Positions 48,423-57,911 are shown, numbered from the stretch's first letter. The stretch: 64,000 bases of DNA from Candidatus Borrarchaeum weybense (GCA_019057385.1 JAHQJS010000006.1:869038-933037), one strand, 5' to 3'. Program-made: numbers and translations. Notes: generated by a model from the letters alone, not told the origin.

Positions 48423-49097
48423 TTAAAGAATTTCAGTTCCTATCGGCTTTTGACCTTTTAAAACTGCAGATATGCGAGAAGGATGTCTTCCATTTAATAT
48501 CCAGCAACGGATGTTACCCTGTGCCAATATCTTAGGAAAATGTTTATCAACACATCTCTGAGTTTCAAACGCATTAAAATCATGCCGATCAAGTTCTGCA
48601 ATCAATTCACTTGGCTCTTGCTTTGGATCGTGTTTAAAGATTCCCTCTACATCCTTAAGAAGAATTAAAGATTCAGCTTTTATCAAGGAGGCGATATATG
48701 CGGCAATCGAATCTGAAGTGACATCCCAAGAATGGTTCAATTGATCTTGTTCATATAATAACCAAAATGGTAAAAGAATTGGGAATTTATTTTTCTTCGC
48801 TAATTCTTTCGCTTTATCAATAGAATGGGTTGTAATTGCGTTTTCAGACAAATTTGAGAGAAAAAAACCATATTGATCCATTGCTAGAATTGCCATCCAA
48901 TGAGCTATAGTTTCTGATAGATTATATTGACTGTAAATATCCCTCACAATGTCTGCAAATGGGCCTCCTCCGGGCACAATAAGCAATTGATACGATGTTG
49001 AGAGTTTGTCCAAGAACTTAATTAAATTTCGAAGTTCTTCCGAGTAAGAAATGAGTCCGCCTCCTAGTTTTATACAATGAATTGCGTCCGCCTCCAC
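48423..49097 (-). CDS. mfnE: Amino-acid-kinase family protein, MfnE-like
   Basis: IKLGG, VPGGGPFADIVR, AHWMAILAMDQYG, HSWDVTSDSIAA, KDVEG. Confidence 0.75.
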   Translation of the reverse strand: MEADAIHCIKLGGGLISYSEELRNLIKFLDKLSTSYQLLIVPGGGPFADIVRDIYSQYNLSETIAHWMAILAMDQYGFFLSNLSENAITTHSIDKAKELAKKNKFPILLPFWLLYEQDQLNHSWDVTSDSIAAYIASLIKAESLILLKDVEGIFKHDPKQEPSELIAELDRHDFNAFETQRCVDKHFPKILAQGNIRCWILNGRHPSRISAVLKGQKPIGTEIL

Positions 49098-49234
49098 AAA
49101 AGAGCTTTATGCTGAAGAATTAAACTCATAATTTCAGTTATACCTTTAATATTTTTAATTCACGCATTTGGAGACTTTAAGGATAATTATACGTACTTTC
49201 ATGCTCAAAAAAAAAAAAGGATTCTAATTTAATA

Positions 49235-49816
49235 TTACTGTTTAGACCTTTCAAAAGCCATATCTACTACCGGCGAAAGTCTGTTAAGAAGTGAAGGCAT
49301 GTATACGCCGGCTAATCCTCCTAGAATCGCATGGATTGCGAGGAACCCATAGAGGAAAAGTGGCAATGACCACGCCCAACCAAGGAACATTATAAAGGCC
49401 CAATACAGGAGAATGTCTCCTGGGATGTTGTAGATGAGACCAGCGATCCCATCGGCTACTCGTGAATCTTGGATTTCCTTGTGTGTGACATGGAAGAAAA
49501 GGTCAATAACTATCCCACCTAGAACCCATGATGGAATGATTATCCATATCACTGGCGGTCCGCCTGGAAGGATAGTTGATATAACCCCGCTAACGAATTG
49601 AGTGAAGGTCGCAGCGCCGGTCTTTCCAACGATTGCTCTTATTGTTAGAACGATGATGGTACCTACAGGGATTGCAATCACCCCATATAAGCCCGGAAGG
49701 GGTGCAGGAATGAAAGCAGTCGTTAATCCGACCAGTGAAGACAGGGACGCGAAGATAGCCATCAGCGCTAGATCCTTAGAACTAAAATAAGGTTCTTTCA
49801 TGTTAGGATTCACCAC
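49235..49816 (-). CDS. ECF transporter S component
   Basis: YFSSKDLALMAIF, IVGKTGAAT, GIVIDL; 6 TM. Confidence 0.75.
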   Translation of the reverse strand: MVNPNMKEPYFSSKDLALMAIFASLSSLVGLTTAFIPAPLPGLYGVIAIPVGTIIVLTIRAIVGKTGAATFTQFVSGVISTILPGGPPVIWIIIPSWVLGGIVIDLFFHVTHKEIQDSRVADGIAGLIYNIPGDILLYWAFIMFLGWAWSLPLFLYGFLAIHAILGGLAGVYMPSLLNRLSPVVDMAFERSKQ

Positions 49817-49834
49817 CTAGAGTATATTCAGGTA

Positions 49835-50563
49835 TTAGGACGAATCTATCGACATTCCTCTTCCATCTAAGACGTAATAATTTTCTTTGGCACAGTTTAT
49901 ACAGACAGGATTGCCTTCTATCACCCTTGCCCTAGTCTCCATGACGTTCTCTCCACAGATTGAACATCTTACTGAAGCAAATATGGGGGCATACTCAGGC
50001 AGGTTGATTTTCATGCGTTTTATCCTGAACATTTCATCTGCTGATTTACTTAATTCGTTGATGGACATTTCATGGAATAGTCTCATCATTCGTTCATGCT
50101 CTTCTGGTGTCGCCTCTTCCCTCCTGGTAACGATCTTATCCCATAGTCCATATGCCTCAGGATATTCCTCCCCAATAGAATCTTCAAAATCGGGGTCTAA
50201 GGCAATTCGTATTGCCGTTCCGTCTCTTTTCGCCACCGTTACTGCACTCTTACCAAAATCACGGTATATAAGGGCATTGTTTCCAAAGGAGCACCCAGTC
50301 ACCATCTGAACACCGTCGCTGAAACAATTGTTTGTCTCAACGATTGCTATGACTTCCTCCATGCCAGTGCTTTTTATTCCCAATTCTCTCACCGCAATAT
50401 AGCCTGCTATCACGCCGTAGGTCATGTAGTTACAAAAATGCCCATGCAACTCACCAGCCTTCTCATGCAGCCTTCTAAGATTTCCAGTTGCAATTAACTT
50501 CTCAATCTCTTTTCTAACCGGATTTCCAATCTCCATTTCTTTTTTTTCTGCCACTCTTATCAA
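49835..50563 (-). CDS. fmdE: FmdE family protein with C-terminal zinc finger
   Basis: LHGHFC, VETNNCFSDGVQMVTGCSFGNN, CSICGE...CINC. Confidence 0.88.
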   Translation of the reverse strand: MIRVAEKKEMEIGNPVRKEIEKLIATGNLRRLHEKAGELHGHFCNYMTYGVIAGYIAVRELGIKSTGMEEVIAIVETNNCFSDGVQMVTGCSFGNNALIYRDFGKSAVTVAKRDGTAIRIALDPDFEDSIGEEYPEAYGLWDKIVTRREEATPEEHERMMRLFHEMSINELSKSADEMFRIKRMKINLPEYAPIFASVRCSICGENVMETRARVIEGNPVCINCAKENYYVLDGRGMSIDSS

Positions 50564-50674
50564 CTCTTGCGTTTGTTTCTTTTTTTGAGCCTGTTATTTA
50601 ACAAGGGCATACTGCCCACAGAAAGTAGGAAGTACAAAATGTCTTACAACAACTAAAACATGGTTGCATATATA

Positions 50675-50704
50675 AATATTACTATTTTATGCGCGCGTAA
50701 TATT
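50675..50704. promoter_or_regulatory. Inverted-repeat operator (NikR-like 6-16-6 geometry) next to the fmdE promoter
   Basis: AATATTAC-N14-GTAATATT abutting minus-strand TTTATATA (50669-50676). Confidence 0.45.
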
Positions 50705-50775
50705 GTATTAGCTTACTCACAGATACGCGGAAAAAAACATAAGATCGCGTGTTAATTAAAAGATAATCGTATTAC

Positions 50776-50817
50776 AAGTAACGACACAAGAAAACCCCAT
50801 AGCGTGGGGTAGTTCAC
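50776..50817 (+). mobile_element. 42-bp minimal IS200/IS605 derivative (fused left and right ends)
   Basis: TTAC|AAGTAACGACACAAGAAAA-CCCCAT-AGC-GTGGGG-TAGTTCAC; same target tetramer and termini as 79-1788. Confidence 0.7.
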
Positions 50818-50974
50818 TCTTCAAAAACTATTCAAACTAATCAAAAGGTTTAACATCCTTTTATTCAACCTTTCAAGAAGCGTCATCATCACAAATAGAG
50901 AAAAATATGCCAGTTTCCATGATGGATTCCTCCCTTAAAAAAGGTAGCTTCTTTCTTAGTAGATATAAAGGGTT

Positions 50975-51028
50975 CTGAGTCAACTAATTAGGAGAAGGAG
51001 TCCCCTTCCAAAATGTGGGGTAGTAGAC
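50975..51028 (-). mobile_element. Degenerate IscB-type element end
   Basis: CTGAGTCAACTAATTA..AGTCCCC..GGGGTAGTAGAC aligns with CTAATCAACTAATTA..AAGCCCC..GGGGTAGTTGAC (35691-35756). Confidence 0.5.
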
Positions 51029-51031
51029 TTA

Positions 51032-51179
51032 TCACTCATGCTTTTTAAGGAACACTGTCATATCATTGATGGTCAATTCGGTATCTGTAACCATTGCTGG
51101 GGGGATAAGAACTTTTACATTTATAACTGGTTCGTAATCAAAGCGTAGAGTGACTTCCTTGTTCAGCATAAATATCAAC
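51032..51179 (-). pseudogene. Diverged duplicate of the fdhB 3' end
   Basis: Translates LIFMLNKEVTLRFDYEPVINVKVLIPPAMVTDTELTINDMTVFLKKHE*, versus FdhB LIFMLNKEVAPRFDYEPGINVESRAPSATVTDTELTIEDVALFLKKSV*. Confidence 0.85.
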
Positions 51180-51229
51180 GTAAAACAATTAGTGGAAAAA
51201 AAATTGTTAAGTTGAAATCGTTCTTAAGA

Positions 51230-53236
51230 TTATCTATCGTGGTCTGCGGGGCATTGATCAAGACTCCAGTAGATTACGGGCACATCCGCTATGCTACATC
51301 CCTTCAAAAGCTCAGGAAGCAATACAAGAATAGGACCAAAGGTTGGTCCTCTTATTTTAGCTCTATATGGAGTGTTGGCCCCTGAACTAACTAGATGAAA
51401 ACATAGTTCTCCTCTGGCACTTTCGATACAATTTATTGCTTCTCCTTCAGGCACACGTTTTAACGGAGCAAATTTCTTCCTAAATGGCCCTGGAGGTAGG
51501 TTATTTAAGGCTTCTTCAATCATATTAAGGCTTTCCCCGATTTCTGATATCCTAGCTTCCATTCTATGGTATGCATCACCTTCCTTGAATGTGGGGATAT
51601 CAAAGTCTAGTTTACCATAAGCTTCGTAAGGATGACTCTTTCTCACATCAAAGTTTATGCCTGAAGCCCTGGCGTTAGGTCCTGTAACATCATTTTCTAT
51701 TGCAACATCCGAAGAAATTTTTCCAATATCCATTGTCCTTGCCTTGAATGAAGAGTTATCCATCATAAGATTGTTATACATGTTTACTCTCTGTTTCATA
51801 TAATTTATAGTCTCCAAAGCGAGTTCCGTAAAATCATCTGTTAAATCCCGGAAAACTCCACCTGGAACATTGTATACGTGATATATACGACCCCCGGTTA
51901 ATTCATCTAGCAGACGAAGAAACCTCTCTCTATCGCCCCACGTAATCATTTGCATTGTTTTAAACCCTACTGCTCCAGTGACTAACCCTAAGTTAAGAAG
52001 GTGGCTTTGTATTCTTGAAAGTTCTGCCTGTATCACTCTAAGATACTTGGCTCTCTCTGGAACCTCTAAACCTGCAATTTTTTCAACGGCACCAATATAG
52101 GCAATCTCGTAAGATGCGCCGTCAAGTACACAGACACGTTGAATCAACATCGCATTCTGATACCATGTTCTATATTCCATGAGTTTTTCAAACCCTCTGT
52201 GCAGGTATCCCACTTGAGGTGTAGCTTCTATCACACTTTCTCCATTAACCTTCAATTTAAGGTTAAAGTTTCCAGATCCAGCATGCTGTGGACCGAAGGG
52301 AATTAGCATTTCATTCGAATTAAGCGTTTCTTGCTTGCTAAATGGTGGAACTTTCAGTTTTTGAGTAAAAGTAGCGTCTTCTTCTTTACCTGTATATCCG
52401 TTTTGAATGTGTTTCATAGCAGCAACTATTGCGACACCTATGGGTTCTGGTCTGGGTGGACATCCTGCTATCCATACGTCAACAGGAATATACTTATCGA
52501 TTTGTTTTATGGTGTTGTAACTGTCCCAGTATGTGCCACCACTCATTGGGCAATTTCCGAATGACAGTACAAACTTTGGCTTAGGCATCTGTTGATAGAT
52601 TCTAATAATTCTTCTGAGAGTTTTTACTGTAACATACCCACCTATAAGAAGTACATCTGCATGTCTTGGACTATCAGCTACTAAAAGCCCAAATCTCTCC
52701 ATATCAAATCCGCTACTTACCCAAGGTACAGCTTCAATAAAACAACAACCTGTAAAGTAATTTAAAACCCATAGGCTCCTTGAACGTGCCCAACTCGCAA
52801 TGTCAGAAATCTTCGTATCCTCAGGATGCATTAACTCAGGAGGTTGAGCTAGCATTTCTGGCGAAAATATAAATTTACTTTTATCGGGTCCAATTACTAC
52901 AGGGAAGTTTGTCATTTGAAGCGACTCTGTTGGACACACATCTACGCATAATCCACAGAAGCAACACCTAGAAAAATCTAGTTGGGGGTAATATGCAACG
53001 TCTTTCTGGGGGGATTGATCTGACGCAGCTCTATCAACCATTTCTATAGCGCCATTTGGGCAAACCTTAGCGCATAACTTACAACCTTTACATGTTTCTA
53101 AGTTTAATATGTGCCGACCTCTAGAATTCTTTGCAATTGGCATTTCAGGAGGGAAATTATATGTAATTGGCTTACTAGTTAATTGAGTAAGCCCTGTTTT
53201 TAGGACGGTAAGCCCATTTTTTAACTTTTCAAACAT
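51230..53236 (-). CDS. Fused NuoI-NuoB-NuoD (MbxN-J-L-like) complex I-related oxidoreductase
   Basis: 2x[4Fe-4S] (CKGCKLCAKVCP, CCFCGLCVDVCP); NuoB motifs TGCCFIE, SPRHAD, GCPPRPE; NuoD motifs FGPQH, GYLHRGFEKL, RVCVLD, ESARGE, DQCPADHDR. Confidence 0.9.
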   Translation of the reverse strand: MFEKLKNGLTVLKTGLTQLTSKPITYNFPPEMPIAKNSRGRHILNLETCKGCKLCAKVCPNGAIEMVDRAASDQSPQKDVAYYPQLDFSRCCFCGLCVDVCPTESLQMTNFPVVIGPDKSKFIFSPEMLAQPPELMHPEDTKISDIASWARSRSLWVLNYFTGCCFIEAVPWVSSGFDMERFGLLVADSPRHADVLLIGGYVTVKTLRRIIRIYQQMPKPKFVLSFGNCPMSGGTYWDSYNTIKQIDKYIPVDVWIAGCPPRPEPIGVAIVAAMKHIQNGYTGKEEDATFTQKLKVPPFSKQETLNSNEMLIPFGPQHAGSGNFNLKLKVNGESVIEATPQVGYLHRGFEKLMEYRTWYQNAMLIQRVCVLDGASYEIAYIGAVEKIAGLEVPERAKYLRVIQAELSRIQSHLLNLGLVTGAVGFKTMQMITWGDRERFLRLLDELTGGRIYHVYNVPGGVFRDLTDDFTELALETINYMKQRVNMYNNLMMDNSSFKARTMDIGKISSDVAIENDVTGPNARASGINFDVRKSHPYEAYGKLDFDIPTFKEGDAYHRMEARISEIGESLNMIEEALNNLPPGPFRKKFAPLKRVPEGEAINCIESARGELCFHLVSSGANTPYRAKIRGPTFGPILVLLPELLKGCSIADVPVIYWSLDQCPADHDR

Positions 53237-53242
53237 TTCTCA

Positions 53243-53725
53243 TCATCTCTCTTCATTATGAACTAATGAATAATTTTTCTCAACGAATTCTCTCCAATTG
53301 AAATCTTTTCTAAAGGGGGGAATCTCAACGGGATCCTCCAAGAATAGTGGTTTTAGAATTTGATTTCCTTCAAAGGAAACCCCAAAGAGTTCCCACGCCT
53401 CTCTCTCATGCATAGCAGCATTAAGCCAGAGTTTCGACAAGCTTGGAATTGTAGGATTATCTCTCGGGATCTCAGTTGCTACCTTAACGTATATGTCTTC
53501 ATGGAGTTTATGCACGAGGAAATATATCTCAAAAGTTCCTCGTTCTATCCAATCGACAGCGCTAATCGTCAATAATCTCTGGAATCCTTGATTTCTCAAG
53601 TACTCAGCAGCTTGGAAGTAATTAGGCTTTGAAACTCTAACATAATTTATATTTTCGTCAACAGAATACTCTGCTTTCATCTGAGTTTGAAGATATTTAA
53701 AAATCGCTTGAATTTCTTCTTTCAT
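53243..53725 (-). CDS. nuoC: NuoC/MbxK-like subunit
   Basis: ISAVDW, IPSLS.LW.NA..HEREAWELFG..F.G, PPFRKDF. Confidence 0.9.
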   Translation of the reverse strand: MKEEIQAIFKYLQTQMKAEYSVDENINYVRVSKPNYFQAAEYLRNQGFQRLLTISAVDWIERGTFEIYFLVHKLHEDIYVKVATEIPRDNPTIPSLSKLWLNAAMHEREAWELFGVSFEGNQILKPLFLEDPVEIPPFRKDFNWREFVEKNYSLVHNEER

Positions 53726-53797
53726 GGTGTGTACTCCCTTTTAAGATCTTTTTTGGTAGTTTCAGTCAATATATTTCAAGTAAGTTATATCTACTTT

Positions 53798-55024
53798 TCA
53801 CACAGACTTCTTAAGGAATAATGCCACATCTTCTATGGTCAATTCGGTATCAGTAACCGTTGCTGAAGGGGCACGAGACTCTACATTTATACCTGGTTCA
53901 TAATCAAAGCGTGGAGCTACTTCCTTGTTCAGCATAAAGATCAACTTAGCTAATGGCAATTCCATAGGACATGCATCCTGACACTGACCACAATTTATGC
54001 AAGAGTCCATAACGTGCACGACTCGTACCATAGGCCATAGAGGATTAGGTGGTATCTCTCCACCGCTTACGTAACCTCTATCCGCCTCAAGCATGCAATG
54101 CTCACAAAAACATATAGGACAAGCATCTCTACACCCGAAACACTTGATGCACTGACTAAATTGGGAGAACCAATAATTAAATCGTTCATCAGCACTCATC
54201 GCTTTGAATGGAGCGAAATCTTTCTCTTGCCACTCTTGAGCTAGTTTTATTGCTAGTGCATCTTGTTTTCTTCTAGTTTCTATTGCTTCAGAATTAGGTT
54301 TTTCCACTTTAATAGAACCTGCTTCAATCGCGCTCTCTATAAGATTAGATCCTTTGTCGGAACAAACCTCGATAAACGTCATTTTTTCGTCTGTATTTCC
54401 CCATCTCCCACAAGCTATATCCGTCATAGTTGGAATCTTGATTTCACATCTCCTACAATTTTCTCTTCTGCCATATCCTTCTTCTTCTAATACTTTTAGA
54501 TCTCTTTCTACTTCTGTTTCGTCTTTTAATCTTATCTTAAGTTTTCCATCTTCAATTTCTTCTTTGATAACATCTGAGGGATTTACACCAAATTTTTCTT
54601 TGAACATTTCTTTGGCTGTTACAGGTGAGAACGTACCAGTACAATTTAGTCCAATAAGAAGTAAATTTTCAAGATGCATGACATCTCTTTTGGTTAGTTC
54701 AATGATCGCCCTAGCATCACACGGTTTGCAGACTACAGCAAGTTTGCGATTATAAACACCCGCCATGTATTCTTTAAGATAGCGGGGAATATTTATAGAA
54801 CTCGAATGCAAAACTCCTGCAGTATCTTTTATTTCTTCTGGATCAGTAATTAGCACAGGTATACCATCATATCTGTCGCCATCCCTTGCTTTTATAGCTA
54901 GTACTGCATCTACAAGTCCACTTTCTAATGCAAACTTCAGAAGTGCCGTAACTGCACCACCACAGTCTGCCTTATTTCGATTTTCCTCATTTGAAGCCCA
55001 GGCGAGATACATATCACCATTCAT
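53798..55024 (-). CDS. fdhB: Formate dehydrogenase beta subunit (FdhB, FrhB-family fold)
   Basis: CGGAVTALL, KPCD, IGLNCTGT, RRENCRRCE, CIKCFGCRDACPIC, CINCGQCQDACP; ATGA overlap with the fdhA stop. Confidence 0.9.
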   Translation of the reverse strand: MNGDMYLAWASNEENRNKADCGGAVTALLKFALESGLVDAVLAIKARDGDRYDGIPVLITDPEEIKDTAGVLHSSSINIPRYLKEYMAGVYNRKLAVVCKPCDARAIIELTKRDVMHLENLLLIGLNCTGTFSPVTAKEMFKEKFGVNPSDVIKEEIEDGKLKIRLKDETEVERDLKVLEEEGYGRRENCRRCEIKIPTMTDIACGRWGNTDEKMTFIEVCSDKGSNLIESAIEAGSIKVEKPNSEAIETRRKQDALAIKLAQEWQEKDFAPFKAMSADERFNYWFSQFSQCIKCFGCRDACPICFCEHCMLEADRGYVSGGEIPPNPLWPMVRVVHVMDSCINCGQCQDACPMELPLAKLIFMLNKEVAPRFDYEPGINVESRAPSATVTDTELTIEDVALFLKKSV

Positions 55025-57051
55025 TGTTCTACCTCCATTCTTACAGCACATACTTTGAATTCAGGCATTTTGCACTTGGGGTCAAAGGCTGGGTTTGTTA
55101 ATACATTGGCTGGTGAATCGCCGAAGTGAAAGGGCGTGAAAACCATCCCTTGAGGCACATCTTCAGTGATCCTTACCTTAGCTTTAATGCTACCCCGCCT
55201 CGTTTTCAAAACAACCCATCCCCCATTGGTGGTTTCCAGTTTTATTGCGTCTTTAGGATTAATCTGAACAAAATTACTAGGCACTTCTGCATTTAATGCG
55301 TCAGTTCTCCTAGTCATCGTCCCAGTATGATAATGGAAGATGCTTCTTCCAGTAGTCAGAACATAAGGATATTCTTCATCTGGCAATTCAGCTGGAGGTT
55401 TGTACTCCACTACTTGGAAGTGACCAAGACCATCAGGTGTATTAAACTTTTTTACAAACATTGTAGGTGTCCCTGGGTGATCTTCAGAAGGACAAGGCCA
55501 TTGAATCCCTCCTACTGTTTCCTCTATCCTTTCGTAAGTTAATCCCGCATACTGGGGAACGCATTTTCTTATCTCTTCGAATATATCCCTGGGACTTGCA
55601 TAACTGAATTTATCCTTAAAGCCCATCTTTTCAGCCAAATCACGTATTATGCGCCAATCAGGCTTAGCCTCGCCAGGAGGATCAATCACTTTATTTATCT
55701 TTTGAACTCTTCTATCAACCCATGCATGTACTCCTTCCCTCTCGACCCATGTAGCTGCTGGTAATACCACATCTGCAAGTTTTGCTGTTTCTGTCATGAA
55801 TATGTCTTGAACTACTAGAAAATCGAGGTTCTCAAGAGACTGCCTTACACTATTTGTATCAGGTCCTGACATCATAGGATTTGTTCCTACCACATAAATA
55901 GCCTTACACTTATGCACGATGTCCATGTAGGTTAGACCGGGGTTAATTGGAAGATTTTCTACTCCCCAGCGCTCTTGAAAGAACTCTGCTGCCTCCTGAC
56001 CTACCCGTTTGAAACCAGGGTAGAAGACATTAACGCAGCCCATATCCCCTGATCCCTCTCCATTTATTTGCCCCCTCATAGGGTTAACGCCAGTTCCTGG
56101 CTTTCCAATATGGCCAGTCAAAAGTGCTAGATCGGCAAGGACCTTGACATTATCCGCTCCAGTAGTGTGCTGAGTTATACCTTCATCAAATTGGATGCAC
56201 CCCCTCTCTGCATTGGCGTAGGTAAGTGCAGCCTCTCTGATTTTTTCTATAGAAATACCTGTGATCTGTTCGATTTGTTTTAAGTCAATCGTGGAAAGGA
56301 AATCGCGCAAATCACTGAAACCAGCAGTTCTTGATTCTATAAATTCTCTATTTTCAAGTCCTTCATTAATAATAATACTCATTATGCCATTTATCAAGGC
56401 AACATCTGTGCCAGGTCTCAATTGTAAGTGAATATCTGCTAAATGTCTTGCAGTAACTGTTTTTCGTGGATCTATTACAATTACCTTGGCTCCCTTCTTC
56501 TTCGCTCTAAGCACCCTTTTTGCGATCATAGGAAAGGTTTCTTTGATATTGACCCCAGCAATGACAAAGCAATCCGCGAGTTCATAATCTAATTGAGAGA
56601 TCTCCATAACACCCGAGCCAACTGTGGGTCCAAGCCCTGCAACTGTTGCGGAATGACAGAATCTGGCACAATACTCGACGTTGTTGGTACCCATGACGAT
56701 CCGAGCAAACTTCTGAAGCACATAACTAGCCTCGTTCGTGGTCTTTCCTGAACCCAGTATACCAAAGGATTCGGGTGAAGTATCCTTTAGAGCCGCAGAA
56801 ACTACATCAAGTGCCTTCTCCCAAGTAATTTCCTCAAATTTGCCGTTATTTCTAAGCAATGGCTTTTTAAGTCGGTCTTCGCTATATAAAAATAAGTAAG
56901 ATCTTCTACCTTTAGGACAATTCGTCCCTTCGTTTACAGGATGTTCCTTCCATGGTTCTATGCCTATTATTTTGCCGTCCTTGACCACAAGATACATCCC
57001 ACATCCAGATCCGCAATATGGGCATATCGTTGGTACATACTGCATATCCAT
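55021..57051 (-). CDS. fdhA: Formate dehydrogenase alpha subunit (Mo/W-bisPGD, Cys ligand)
   Basis: TICPYCGSGC, CPKG, CARFCHSATV, VVQDIFMTETA..ADVVLPA, MPEFKVCAV. Confidence 0.93.
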   Translation of the reverse strand: MDMQYVPTICPYCGSGCGMYLVVKDGKIIGIEPWKEHPVNEGTNCPKGRRSYLFLYSEDRLKKPLLRNNGKFEEITWEKALDVVSAALKDTSPESFGILGSGKTTNEASYVLQKFARIVMGTNNVEYCARFCHSATVAGLGPTVGSGVMEISQLDYELADCFVIAGVNIKETFPMIAKRVLRAKKKGAKVIVIDPRKTVTARHLADIHLQLRPGTDVALINGIMSIIINEGLENREFIESRTAGFSDLRDFLSTIDLKQIEQITGISIEKIREAALTYANAERGCIQFDEGITQHTTGADNVKVLADLALLTGHIGKPGTGVNPMRGQINGEGSGDMGCVNVFYPGFKRVGQEAAEFFQERWGVENLPINPGLTYMDIVHKCKAIYVVGTNPMMSGPDTNSVRQSLENLDFLVVQDIFMTETAKLADVVLPAATWVEREGVHAWVDRRVQKINKVIDPPGEAKPDWRIIRDLAEKMGFKDKFSYASPRDIFEEIRKCVPQYAGLTYERIEETVGGIQWPCPSEDHPGTPTMFVKKFNTPDGLGHFQVVEYKPPAELPDEEYPYVLTTGRSIFHYHTGTMTRRTDALNAEVPSNFVQINPKDAIKLETTNGGWVVLKTRRGSIKAKVRITEDVPQGMVFTPFHFGDSPANVLTNPAFDPKCKMPEFKVCAVRMEVEQ

Positions 57052-57057
57052 AGTTAT

Positions 57058-57498
57058 TCACCTTTTTATCGGATTTGGTCCTAGCTCTTTTATTGTCTGA
57101 CTAAAACTTGAAACGGTATCTGCTACTTTCTGTCCTTCAGATGCTCCTATCCATTCTAACCTGAGCCTCTCGCTACCGATTCCTATTGCATCAAGAAAGA
57201 GTTTCACTAATGTAACTCGCCTTCTAGTCCAGAGGTTACCTTTTATGTAATGACAATCTCCAGGGTGACAGCCTGCAATCAGAACACCATCTGCACCCTT
57301 AGCGAAGGCCCCTAGTATCAGTGGCACGTTTACTCTTCCTGAGCACATAACCCTAATAATCCGGATGTTGGAAGGATAACTTATTCTAGAGATGCCAGCC
57401 AAATCTGAGGCGGAATAAGAACACCAGTTACAAAAGAAGCCTATAATCTTAGGTTCGAATTTTTTTTCGAGATGAGTTTCAACCTTCACTTCAGACAT
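57058..57498 (-). CDS. mvhD: MvhD/FlpD [2Fe-2S] subunit
   Basis: FCNWCSY..SDLAG, RVMCSGRV, GADGV..GCHPGDCHY, ASEG, LGPNP. Confidence 0.95.
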   Translation of the reverse strand: MSEVKVETHLEKKFEPKIIGFFCNWCSYSASDLAGISRISYPSNIRIIRVMCSGRVNVPLILGAFAKGADGVLIAGCHPGDCHYIKGNLWTRRRVTLVKLFLDAIGIGSERLRLEWIGASEGQKVADTVSSFSQTIKELGPNPIKR

Positions 57499-57911
57499 TT
57501 AAGTCACCATATCCCTAACTAATAGTTGGTATCTATATTACAAATTGTAACTTTTTATGACAACTCGATCTAATATTTTTAAAAGTTATTTAACTAATCG
57601 TTTCAAATTGTTATAGTGTAATCGTTCATTACATAAACTTATTATATAAGTATTATTGTTCTGAGCGCGTAGTATTCCGTTGGCATATTCAAAGACTCAA
57701 AGAAAAGAAAAAAATGAGGTAACATGTTGATAAAAAGATAATAGTGCTATTTAAAAAGTTAAATCCTTTTGTAGTGAAAGTGCGATGAAAATAAGGATTC
57801 CTAATATGTTAGAGAGTCAACCTTCTCATGAAGTTTCGTCTGAAAGGTTTCTCAATAGTAGGGTCAATTTCTCCTTAAGAAGTTCAAGATGAGGGGACGA
57901 AAATAATATTT

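Noticed and set aside
51230-53236. Group 4 [NiFe]-hydrogenase / formate hydrogenlyase
   Set aside because: Both Ni-binding CxxC motifs are incomplete.
55021-57498. Selenocysteine recoding in fdhA or mvhD
   Set aside because: Cys codons occupy the active-site positions and there is no in-frame TGA.
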